A stretch of DNA of 64,000 nt from the NCBI GenBank assembly GCA_042571445.1, contig JBHPFT010000001.1, forward strand, positions 29,232 through 93,231, written 5' to 3'. The stretch is from Patescibacteria group bacterium (lineage in GTDB: Bacteria; Patescibacteriota; WWE3; UBA101185; UBA10185). Shown piece by piece: positions 55,888-64,000 of the stretch. The notes beneath the pieces were generated by a model that made no database searches, was not told the DNA's origin, and worked only from the letters and a program-made list of their open reading frames with translations. The stretch's first letter is position 1. Each line of letters starts with the position of its first letter. The translations under genes were made by a program, and so were the position numbers.

Positions 55888-57484
55888 GAGATTTAAATAT
55901 GAAATATTAGCTGTATTCTTTTTTGTTTTGATTAGAGTTCCTAATCTGGGAAGAGACATTTTCAACACAGATGCTTGGAAGTGGAAGACTAGAACTTACG
56001 ATTTTAATACAGGGGTCTTTACTCTGGATTTTGAGAAAACATATCAAAAGTATCATCCTGGTGTAACTTTAATGTGGGTAGGGTCAGCTGGAGTTAAGAT
56101 TCAAAATTTCTATCATAAAGTTATTCTTAATGACCCAGGTGAAGAACTACTAAATATATTTGAACTTCACTTCATCCAAAAATTGCTAGTAGTCACAGTT
56201 ATTGGGACCTCACTGGCTTTTTGTTTCTATGTTCTGCGAAGTTTGTTTGGTTTACAATTTGCTACTCTATCTACTTTTCTACTTTCGTTTGAACCCTTTT
56301 ATTTAGCTTTAACACGGGTTTTTCACTTGGAGGGGCTAGTTTCTACATTTATGTTAGCAAGTGTCTTATGGCTTTTTTACTATCTTTTTGATACCACTTT
56401 TAGAAAAAGGTTAGTAGTGTCTGCAATTTTTGCAGGTTTTTCATTTCTAACCAAAACTTCTTCTATTTACCTTTTACCTTTCACTCTTCTTGTAGTATTT
56501 TTAAATACTTATAGTAAAGATGATGTGTGGAATAGTTTTAAATCTACAATTTTAATTGTTTTAAAATGGTTTGGAATTTCTCTTTTAATCTTTGTAGCTT
56601 TATGGCCGGCACTTTGGGTTACACCTCTTGATGTAATTTTAGAACTTTATAGAGGTATTGCAGTGATAGGCGTAGAAAGAGAACACATTCAAGTTTATTT
56701 TAGCAAACTGGTTAAGAATCCAGGCCCAACTTTTTATCCGGTGGTTTTGGCTCTAAAATCTTTTGTGTTTTTACTTCCAGGTCTTTTAGGAACACTTGCT
56801 TTTTTAAAGGGCTTTGATGAAAAAAAGAAAAGATTTGTGAAGTTTTTACTAATATATTCATTTTTCTATTTCCTACAACTTACAATCCCATCAAAAAAAC
56901 TAGATAGATATATTCTCCCAGCTTTAATGTCTTTTTCACTTGTTTCTACTATGTTTTACTATTGGGTTTTAGGGAGACTGAAGAAGGGTAGGAAGTTTTT
57001 ACTTGTATTTATAATAGTTACTCCTATTCTCACTGCTATTAGTATCCATCCAGATTATCTTTCGTATCACAATCCACTTTTTGGAGGACTAGAGACTGGG
57101 ATAAAAGTCTTAGAACCAAAATGGATGATTGGTACTTCTGAGATCGTTTCCTACTTTGAAGAGATACGTGAAGATGAAAACTGGGAGAAACCTTCTTCTG
57201 ACACTTCTCTCGAAGCTCTGATTGGTTCAGAAAGAGTTGAGAGGGTTTTAGTGGTAGGGTTACCAGAAAAGTATTATACTCAAATTTGGCCCTTTCTTAG
57301 AGAGAAAAATATTTGGCCAGCCATTAAAGATTTAACAGCTTTTGCTAAACATGCAAAGTATTTTATTTACCCTGTTTGGCAAGATAGTAGTAGCTTTGAG
57401 GATAGATTTGAGATAGAGTATCTCGGCTCTATTAAAAAGGACGGAGTAGACTTGTACAACGTTTATAAAAGGATTTATCGGTGA
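55874..57484 (+). CDS. GT-C fold membrane glycosyltransferase (paralog of 52908)
   Basis: NTDAWKW, HPGVTLMW, FEPF...RVFHLE, LTK, SKKLDRY, YHNPLFGG. Confidence 0.78.
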   Translation: MKLIKRFKYEILAVFFFVLIRVPNLGRDIFNTDAWKWKTRTYDFNTGVFTLDFEKTYQKYHPGVTLMWVGSAGVKIQNFYHKVILNDPGEELLNIFELHFIQKLLVVTVIGTSLAFCFYVLRSLFGLQFATLSTFLLSFEPFYLALTRVFHLEGLVSTFMLASVLWLFYYLFDTTFRKRLVVSAIFAGFSFLTKTSSIYLLPFTLLVVFLNTYSKDDVWNSFKSTILIVLKWFGISLLIFVALWPALWVTPLDVILELYRGIAVIGVEREHIQVYFSKLVKNPGPTFYPVVLALKSFVFLLPGLLGTLAFLKGFDEKKKRFVKFLLIYSFFYFLQLTIPSKKLDRYILPALMSFSLVSTMFYYWVLGRLKKGRKFLLVFIIVTPILTAISIHPDYLSYHNPLFGGLETGIKVLEPKWMIGTSEIVSYFEEIREDENWEKPSSDTSLEALIGSERVERVLVVGLPEKYYTQIWPFLREKNIWPAIKDLTAFAKHAKYFIYPVWQDSSSFEDRFEIEYLGSIKKDGVDLYNVYKRIYR

Positions 57485-58755
57485 GAACTTTACTAACAAA
57501 GTTAAAACAAAATACAGATCTATATAACACTGTAGTTGTAGGGGTGGGGAGTATTATAGCTTCAATCTTTAGCTATTTTTTACAACTATACCTTGGTAGA
57601 AATCTCACAGTTTCTGATTTTGGAGCTTTTAGTGCCCTTTTATCTTTGTATTACTTAATAAATGTTCCAGCGACAGTGTTTAGTACGTCTTTGGTAAAAA
57701 CAGTTTCTGAGATGGATCCCCAAAAAGACAAAGATAGAATCACCTACCTTTTTTCTAGACTGGGACAACTTGCTATTTTAGTTGGGTTTTCCATTTTCTT
57801 AGGAGTTTTTGCATTTAGGTTTGTTATCTCAGATCAACTTCAGATATCAAATACTGGAGCAATATCAGTTTATGGGATATTAATGGGACTTGGATTTGTG
57901 GGACTTTTGCCCCACTCATATCTTCAAGGTCTTCAGAAGTTTACCATGTTTGCAATTTACTTGATTGTTATCAATATAAATAGATTTATTATTCCAGCTA
58001 TTTTAGTGGCTTTAAGTTTTGGTTTGACTGGGGTTTTTAGTGGTATGTCTATAGCTATACTTTTGTCGTTTTTGATAGGTTTTCTATTCTTAAAAAGTAA
58101 TTTTAGTAAAGTAGACAAAAGTATTTCTCTTTCGGGTGAGTTCAAAAAGCTCTTGTCATTAAGTCTACCTGTTCTTTTAATACACTTTTGTATGATGGCC
58201 ATGAATAACGTAGATGTGATATTAATAAAAAAGTATTTTGATGAGATTACAGCTGGATATTATGCAGGAACAGTTACTCTTGGAAAGATAATATTATTTG
58301 GAGCAGGGGCAGTTACCATAGTTATGTATCCAAGAATTTCAGCGCTACACTCAAAAGGTCAGGAATATAGAAAGATCTTTAGAAATCTGTTTACTCTTCA
58401 GATCATAATAGTACTATCTGCCGTGACCGTCTTTGCACTACTTCCTGGTTTCATTACTAACCTCTTTTTTGGAGAAAGATTCTTGGATTCTATTTCTTAC
58501 CTTCCTTTCTTCTCAATATTTATTGGACTTTATGTTTTTGTTTATTTTCTAACCATGTTTAGTTTAGCTATAGATAAAAGGAAAGTTTATATGATTCTCA
58601 TTCCCCTTGTACTTACACAGTTTTTATTAATTACATTCTTTCACTCAACAATATTTCAAGTTATTAAAATCAATATTTTTGTATGTATAATAGCCCTAAT
58701 CGCCCTTTTAGCGTTTACACTGCCCAAAATATTAGTTGATGCCAAGGAAAAATAA
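57481..58755 (+). CDS. oligosaccharide flippase family (MOP) protein
   Basis: GRNLTVSDFGAF, LQGLQKF, NVDVILIK, AGYYA, MYPRIS; about 12 TMs. Confidence 0.8.
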   Translation: MRTLLTKLKQNTDLYNTVVVGVGSIIASIFSYFLQLYLGRNLTVSDFGAFSALLSLYYLINVPATVFSTSLVKTVSEMDPQKDKDRITYLFSRLGQLAILVGFSIFLGVFAFRFVISDQLQISNTGAISVYGILMGLGFVGLLPHSYLQGLQKFTMFAIYLIVININRFIIPAILVALSFGLTGVFSGMSIAILLSFLIGFLFLKSNFSKVDKSISLSGEFKKLLSLSLPVLLIHFCMMAMNNVDVILIKKYFDEITAGYYAGTVTLGKIILFGAGAVTIVMYPRISALHSKGQEYRKIFRNLFTLQIIIVLSAVTVFALLPGFITNLFFGERFLDSISYLPFFSIFIGLYVFVYFLTMFSLAIDKRKVYMILIPLVLTQFLLITFFHSTIFQVIKINIFVCIIALIALLAFTLPKILVDAKEK

Positions 58756-60577
58756 GAAAAAGAAGTTAGTTTCTATAATAATTCCTGCCTACAAACAAGA
58801 AAAGACCATTAGAAAAGATATTCTAAATATCTATGATACGATGTCCCAGACTAGATGGAATTTTGAGATTATTGTTGTTGTGGATGGGATGGTTGACAAG
58901 ACTTTTGAGAGACTGAAACCCATTAGAAAGAAAAAGATAAAGGTTTTCAGATATAAAACAAATAGGGGTAAGGGGTACGCCTTAAGATATGGTACTGCAA
59001 GATCGGTAGGTGACTACGTGTGTTTCCTTGATGCTGGGATGGATATTGATCCTAATGGAATAAGTATGCTTTTAGAGCATATGGAGTGGTATGGGGCTGA
59101 TGTAGTGATAGGTAGCAGCAGACATCCCGCTTCAAAGAGTAACTATCCTCTAATCAGGAAAATATATAGTGCTGGCTATCACACTCTTGTAAGAATACTT
59201 TTTGGTCTTAAGGTTAAAGACACTCAAAGAGGCATGAAAGTTTTTAGGAGGGAAGTTTTAGAAAAGATTTTACCGAGACTTTTGGTTAAAAGATTTGCAA
59301 CAGACATTGAAATGCTTGCTGTAGCTAAACATTTGGGTTTTGGAAAGATTTATGAGGCTCCTGTAGATGTAAACTGGGAGGAAAATAAAACATCGTTTAC
59401 TGGAAAGGTACTTTTTGATAAGAATATTCAGCGAATGATTATTGATACTCTTGCTGTATTTTATAGATTAAAAATTCTCAGATATTATCGTGACGAGAAT
59501 AGGGATAGATGGTTGTACAGAAAAGAGCTAGATATAAAGGCTGATATTAGAGGTAAGGAGGATATTAAATTTAGTATCATCATTCCCGTCAGGAAGATAA
59601 ATAACTACGTGAAGGAAAGTATTCCACATATTTTGAATCTAAACTACCAAAATTTTGAGGTAATAATAATTTCTGATAGATCAGAAAGGAATACTTTTAG
59701 AGATAGAAGGGTAAAAACTATGTCCTCAAAAGATCCTACTCCGAGTCCAAAGAGAAATCTTGGTGCAAAAAAAGCAAAAGGTGAGATATTAGTTTTTATG
59801 GACGATGACGCTTTTCCTGAAGATGACTGGTTGGACAGGGCTTACGAGATATTTAAAGATAGGAGTGTATATGCCCTAGGAGGACCTGCAGCAACACCAA
59901 AGGAAGTAGGCTTACTAGAAAGACTTGGAGGCAGGGTATTTGAATCTTGGCTTGCAAGTGGGGGAACTACATATAGATATAGACCAAGGCAGGAAAGATT
60001 AGTTAAAGATTATCCTTCAGTTAATCTTTTTGTTAGAAAGAAAGCCTTTAATAAGATAGGTGGTTTTTCGACAGAATTTTGGCCAGGAGAAGACACAAAA
60101 CTTTGCCTCGACCTTGTAAATTTACATGGTGGCAGAGGTTTTCCTTATGATCCCTCACCTATTGTCTACCACCATCGAAGAGAACTCTTACTACCTCACC
60201 TAAAACAAGTTTCTAGATATGGAAGACACAGGGGACAGTTTGCAAAGATTTTTCCAGAGACTTCAAGAGTTCCTTCATACTTTGTTCCCCTTCTCTTTGT
60301 TCTTGGGTTAGTCCTGGGTCCTGTTGCATCAATATTTATTCCCAAACTTTGGGTAGTGTACTTCTGTGTTCTTGCAGCTTACCTAGTATTGCTTCTTATC
60401 GAAAGTATAAATGTTTTTCTATCGGAATTAAGTTTTAAAGCTCTAATATATTTTATGATAGGTATATTTTGGACACATGTTGTGTATGGTGTAAACTTTC
60501 TAATAGGTCTTATTAAAAAGCCCAAGCTTACACCAAAAAAAGTAGACTATAAGACCGGAAAGTATCTAGAAGGATAA
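58739..60577 (+). CDS. tandem GT2-GT2 fusion with C-terminal TM helices
   Basis: Domain 1: IPAYKQE, NRGKG, DAGMDI, DTQRGMK, DIEML. Domain 2: IIIPV, RNLG, FMDDD, GED, HHRR, followed by about 3 TMs. Confidence 0.85.
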   Translation: MPRKNKKKKLVSIIIPAYKQEKTIRKDILNIYDTMSQTRWNFEIIVVVDGMVDKTFERLKPIRKKKIKVFRYKTNRGKGYALRYGTARSVGDYVCFLDAGMDIDPNGISMLLEHMEWYGADVVIGSSRHPASKSNYPLIRKIYSAGYHTLVRILFGLKVKDTQRGMKVFRREVLEKILPRLLVKRFATDIEMLAVAKHLGFGKIYEAPVDVNWEENKTSFTGKVLFDKNIQRMIIDTLAVFYRLKILRYYRDENRDRWLYRKELDIKADIRGKEDIKFSIIIPVRKINNYVKESIPHILNLNYQNFEVIIISDRSERNTFRDRRVKTMSSKDPTPSPKRNLGAKKAKGEILVFMDDDAFPEDDWLDRAYEIFKDRSVYALGGPAATPKEVGLLERLGGRVFESWLASGGTTYRYRPRQERLVKDYPSVNLFVRKKAFNKIGGFSTEFWPGEDTKLCLDLVNLHGGRGFPYDPSPIVYHHRRELLLPHLKQVSRYGRHRGQFAKIFPETSRVPSYFVPLLFVLGLVLGPVASIFIPKLWVVYFCVLAAYLVLLLIESINVFLSELSFKALIYFMIGIFWTHVVYGVNFLIGLIKKPKLTPKKVDYKTGKYLEG

Positions 60578-60829
60578 ATGTCTGAAGTAATATATAAAAA
60601 TAAGGACTCTGAGGTAATAATTAAAATATTAACTCACAAATGTATTAGTGCAGCTACATGTATTGTTAGAGCTCCAAACACCTTCGAATTGGACGATGAC
60701 GGAATCGCTTACTGCAAGAAAGGAACATGGGACGAGGCAGAGAAAATAATAGAGGGAGCCAAAACCTGTCCTACAACTGCAATTATTGTTGAGGATTTAG
60801 ATGGAAATCAGCTTTATCCAGATTTGTGA
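60578..60829 (+). CDS. single-cluster ferredoxin, probably [3Fe-4S]
   Basis: CISAATC...APNTFELDDDG...AKTCPTTAI (CxxAxxC...CP). Confidence 0.85.
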   Translation: MSEVIYKNKDSEVIIKILTHKCISAATCIVRAPNTFELDDDGIAYCKKGTWDEAEKIIEGAKTCPTTAIIVEDLDGNQLYPDL

Positions 60830-60842
60830 TATTCTTTAAATC

Positions 60843-62426
60843 ATGCCTAAAAAGAAAGTTAAAGTAGTAGTTGGATATCCACCTGTTGAGTCTAAAAAAG
60901 GTGTGCCTCTTTTGTCTCAGAATAGGCAGTTTCAATATTTTAATGCTCCAACATTTATTTATCCCATGGTTCCTGCATATGCTGCATCCTTAGCTAAGAA
61001 ACGAGGGTATGATGTTTATTGGATGGACGGTATCGCAGAAGGTAAAAAGTATAACAAGTGGGTGGGGGAACTAGTAACTTTAGAACCAGACTTTATTCTG
61101 ATTGAGGTGAAGGCTCCAATAGTTAAGAAGTTTTGGAAAAAAGTTGATGATATTAAGAAAAGATGCCCGGAGACGATAGTGGTTTTATCTGGTGACCATG
61201 TTACATATGATCCTGTGGAAACACTGGATAACTGCAAAGTAGACTATATTATTACTGGGGGAGACTATGACTTTGTTTTCTCAGATCTACTAGATGCTTT
61301 AACTAAAGGAAATACTTTTCCAGGTGGAGTATGGAGTAGAAAAGAATCTAAGGGATTTGAAAAGAAGGGAAGGTACTGGTGTACGGGGGGAATGGATTTG
61401 CATCATAATCTTGATGATTTACCTTTTGTTGACAGAGATTTAACCAAATGGAAGCTTTATGCGTATGCAAACGGTAATTATAAGTTTAAACCAGCAACAT
61501 ACATGTATTCTGGAAGAGATTGTTGGTGGAATAGATGCACTTTTTGTATTTGGGATCATGTTTTGTATCCCCCAGGAAAATATAGAAGGTTTTCTCCAGA
61601 AAGACTCTTTGCTGAGGTTAAACATGTCGTAGATAACTACGGTGTGAAAGAGATATTTGATGATGCAGGAACCCTATTTGTTGGTCCCCCTCTTAAGAAG
61701 TTTTGTGAGATGTTAATTGATTCTGGTTATAACAAGAAAGTTGTTTACAGCTGCAATATGAGAATAAATGCTTTAACACGTGAGTATTACGATTTAATGG
61801 CAGAAGCTAACTTTAGATTTATTCTTTATGGACTTGAGTCAGGAAACCAAGAAACTCTAGATAAACTAGATAAAGGACTCAGGGTTGAAGAGATTGAGCC
61901 CAATCTTAAAAATGCTAAAGAAGCGGGTCTTGAGCCCCACGTAACTATAATGCTTGGGTATCCTTGGGAAACTGAGGAAATGGCCCAAAATACCATTAAT
62001 GTATCAAAAGAACTATTTAAAAAGGGCTACGTAGATACAATGCAAGCAACTATCGTTATTCCTTATCCAGGTTCCCCATTATACAAACAATGTCAGGAAA
62101 ATGATTGGTTCCAAGTAGATCCAAAAGATTATGAGAAGTTTGATATGAGACATCCTGTTATGAAAGTACCTTTTAGTAATGAGAGGCTTTTAGAACTCAC
62201 ACAGTCTCTTTACTCATCTTTCTTTAGTCCTCAGTATTTGTGGAGAAAAATAAAGGCAATTAGAACAAAAGAAGATATTAGGTGGTTTTTCATGGCAGCT
62301 CGAAGACTTCTTGCCCATCTTTTAGATTTTGATAAAGAGCAAGAGGGAGTTAATTGGTGGCACCCGAAGTTTTGGATAGATGCCGTTAAGAGTATGCTTG
62401 GTCATCTGAAAAAGTCTAATAAATAA
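60843..62426 (+). CDS. B12-binding-domain radical SAM enzyme (class B/BchE/HpnJ-like)
   Basis: N-terminal Rossmann-like domain (GDHVT), LDDLPFVDR, GRDCWWNRCTFC, GLESGNQETL, MLGYPWET, PYPGSPLY; TGATATTCT 7 nt before ATG. Confidence 0.85.
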   Translation: MPKKKVKVVVGYPPVESKKGVPLLSQNRQFQYFNAPTFIYPMVPAYAASLAKKRGYDVYWMDGIAEGKKYNKWVGELVTLEPDFILIEVKAPIVKKFWKKVDDIKKRCPETIVVLSGDHVTYDPVETLDNCKVDYIITGGDYDFVFSDLLDALTKGNTFPGGVWSRKESKGFEKKGRYWCTGGMDLHHNLDDLPFVDRDLTKWKLYAYANGNYKFKPATYMYSGRDCWWNRCTFCIWDHVLYPPGKYRRFSPERLFAEVKHVVDNYGVKEIFDDAGTLFVGPPLKKFCEMLIDSGYNKKVVYSCNMRINALTREYYDLMAEANFRFILYGLESGNQETLDKLDKGLRVEEIEPNLKNAKEAGLEPHVTIMLGYPWETEEMAQNTINVSKELFKKGYVDTMQATIVIPYPGSPLYKQCQENDWFQVDPKDYEKFDMRHPVMKVPFSNERLLELTQSLYSSFFSPQYLWRKIKAIRTKEDIRWFFMAARRLLAHLLDFDKEQEGVNWWHPKFWIDAVKSMLGHLKKSNK

Positions 62427-64000
62427 TCGATAGCTGGTTTATTCTAACTTGAGTTGGTCCCCACATATATCTGTTATCTCTATACATTGACATATTATCA
62501 GGATCATTTACTACAGAGTTATTTTCAATAAATATCTTTGCTCCTAGTCCAAGAGATTCTTGTGGGATTAAAACGTCTAGATCCATAGTTTTTTTCATCC
62601 GAGGTCTAATTTTTAGCTTTATCTCTTCTTTTCCGACCACTGTGATACTAGATCCCTTTGTTAAAGTTATGTTTAAAAAGAGATATCTAGTATTAGCATC
62701 TAAGGCGCTGTTAAAAACAAGTTTTGGTTTATCCTTTAGATCGGAAAATACGTTTGCAGATAGTAGTTTTGCATTTAGAGCATTCAAATTTTTCTTATAC
62801 GCTATTTCAAAGTATGGCAGCTCACCCTTTTTTCCTGAGTATATTAAGGCGAAGTTATTTACAAACTCTGTTTCGAGATAATCTAGAATATCTAGATCAA
62901 ATGTTATTACTCTTTTTGATTTAAGTAGCTCTTTTAAACCTTCCGCATCTAAAGTCAACCTCATATACTCTAAATTAGCTTTTATATAGATACTTTCATC
63001 AAAGATTTTGATTATATACTTACTTTCACCTTTCCCTTGGGATGTTTCTACTAGAACTAGAGTATCGCTATCAGTGGTTTGGGCTGCTGCGCTCACAATA
63101 CTACTTCTGTATTTATAGTCTCTAAAGGGTTCAAAAAGAGTTTCTTTCCACCTTGAGAAGTGGATAAGAAGTAAAGCTAATCCAGTTACTAGTACAGCTT
63201 TATTGGTCTTTTTAATATTTTTTAGATTTTCTATTCCTAAAGCACCTAAAAGAGAGGCAGGTATATATAGAGGTAATTGAAATCTTGTTGTAGCAAAGCT
63301 TAGAAATACCATTCCTACATACGGTATTGACGTTATAAGGATTGGAAGTCCTTTCTTTGAGAATACCGATGTGGAAACTAAGAAAAGTAGTAACCAGAAG
63401 TAAACACCTTGATAACTCAGTAGGAGATAAAACTTGTCTATCCTTGGGTTATTAAAATGTTCCAGATTATCAAATAGGCCTCTATGCGGAATAAGAAGAT
63501 GTTGAACTTTATCTATGGCCAGTCTCATAAATAGTACGGGGTGTTCTAGTATCCACTCTATTGCACCTTTTCTTAAAGCTTTATCAAGGCTTGATTCTAT
63601 ACTTACTCTTCTCTCTTTCATTAAATTCTTATCACCAATAATCTCCTCTATTTTTGCATCGGGGGAGATTATCGCTCTTCCACTTTGTATCGAATCATTA
63701 TTCCCGAGAAGCATATTAATACCTCCATTTGTGGCTATAGAGGTAAACTGACCTGCCAATAAACTATTTCTAACTATCCAGGAGGTACAGACTAAAAAGC
63801 TGGTTATTGCGATTGTGGTAATTTTCTTATTAAGTTTTTTGTTTCTGACAGACTCATAACCAGCTAGTATAAAAAGTAGTGGTATGTAAACGATATAGAT
63901 TGGTCTCACAAGTACTAATAAGCCACCACAAATTCCACCCAAAATTGGAAAACTTCTCTCTTCTTTTTTTAAAGACATGAGTGTTGAGTAGATTATTACC
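62416..64000 (-). CDS. GT-C fold membrane glycosyltransferase, 5' end beyond window
   Basis: GLLVLVRP, WIVRN...TNGGINMLLGNN, RFQLP; frame is open to the window edge (VIIYSTL precedes the ATG at 63978). Confidence 0.72.
   Translation of the reverse strand, partial: VIIYSTLMSLKKEERSFPILGGICGGLLVLVRPIYIVYIPLLFILAGYESVRNKKLNKKITTIAITSFLVCTSWIVRNSLLAGQFTSIATNGGINMLLGNNDSIQSGRAIISPDAKIEEIIGDKNLMKERRVSIESSLDKALRKGAIEWILEHPVLFMRLAIDKVQHLLIPHRGLFDNLEHFNNPRIDKFYLLLSYQGVYFWLLLFLVSTSVFSKKGLPILITSIPYVGMVFLSFATTRFQLPLYIPASLLGALGIENLKNIKKTNKAVLVTGLALLLIHFSRWKETLFEPFRDYKYRSSIVSAAAQTTDSDTLVLVETSQGKGESKYIIKIFDESIYIKANLEYMRLTLDAEGLKELLKSKRVITFDLDILDYLETEFVNNFALIYSGKKGELPYFEIAYKKNLNALNAKLLSANVFSDLKDKPKLVFNSALDANTRYLFLNITLTKGSSITVVGKEEIKLKIRPRMKKTMDLDVLIPQESLGLGAKIFIENNSVVNDPDNMSMYRDNRYMWGPTQVRINQLSIIY

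Noticed and set aside
1-64000. Alternative genetic code (UGA=Gly as in Gracilibacteria/Absconditabacteria)
   Set aside because: RF2 is present and genes such as serS, rplP and secY end at TGA at the expected lengths.
1-64000. CRISPR arrays, IS elements, prophage, introns or inteins
   Set aside because: No periodic repeats, transposase or integrase motifs, or interrupted core genes were seen by eye; the XRE gene has no phage neighbours.

Overview
AT-rich, very compact bacterial chromosome segment in genetic code 11 (TGA is used as a stop and RF2 is present). It is most consistent with a Patescibacteria/CPR genome: there is no rpmD between rpsE and rplO, core proteins are strongly diverged, and a CAP-domain gene plus a GT-C-rich surface locus are present. 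A Microgenomates/WWE3-like placement is an inference only. 1-16 kb: ftsK, a candidate 22-aa membrane peptide, prfB without the +1 frameshift, a TasA/CalY-like secreted protein divergent from an XRE regulator, an alpha operon (infA-rpmJ-rpsM-rpsK-rpsD-rpoA-rplQ-rplM-rpsI) detached from and opposite to spc, serS-methyltransferase-uppP-secA, a TMTC-like GT-C/TPR protein and lepB. 16-38 kb: rpoBC, str, S10 and spc operons through secY-ybaB-adk. 39-64 kb: a ~24 kb glycosylation locus with four polyprenol-phosphate sugar synthase-like GT2 domains, three GT4s, ugd, two flippases plus a GtrA domain, six GT-C membrane transferases and a ferredoxin/radical SAM pair. Top leads: (1) the lipid-linked GT-C glycosylation system, possibly tied to Sec export; (2) the TasA-like/XRE module; (3) substitutions at near-invariant RNA polymerase active-site motifs; (4) a minimal uL3 and S12 K87Q; (5) structured leaders upstream of rpoB, tuf and rplC; (6) widespread leaderless-type promoters. 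No tRNA, rRNA, CRISPR or mobile element was seen. All family calls come from reading motifs by eye; no searches were run, and E. coli residue numbers are from memory.
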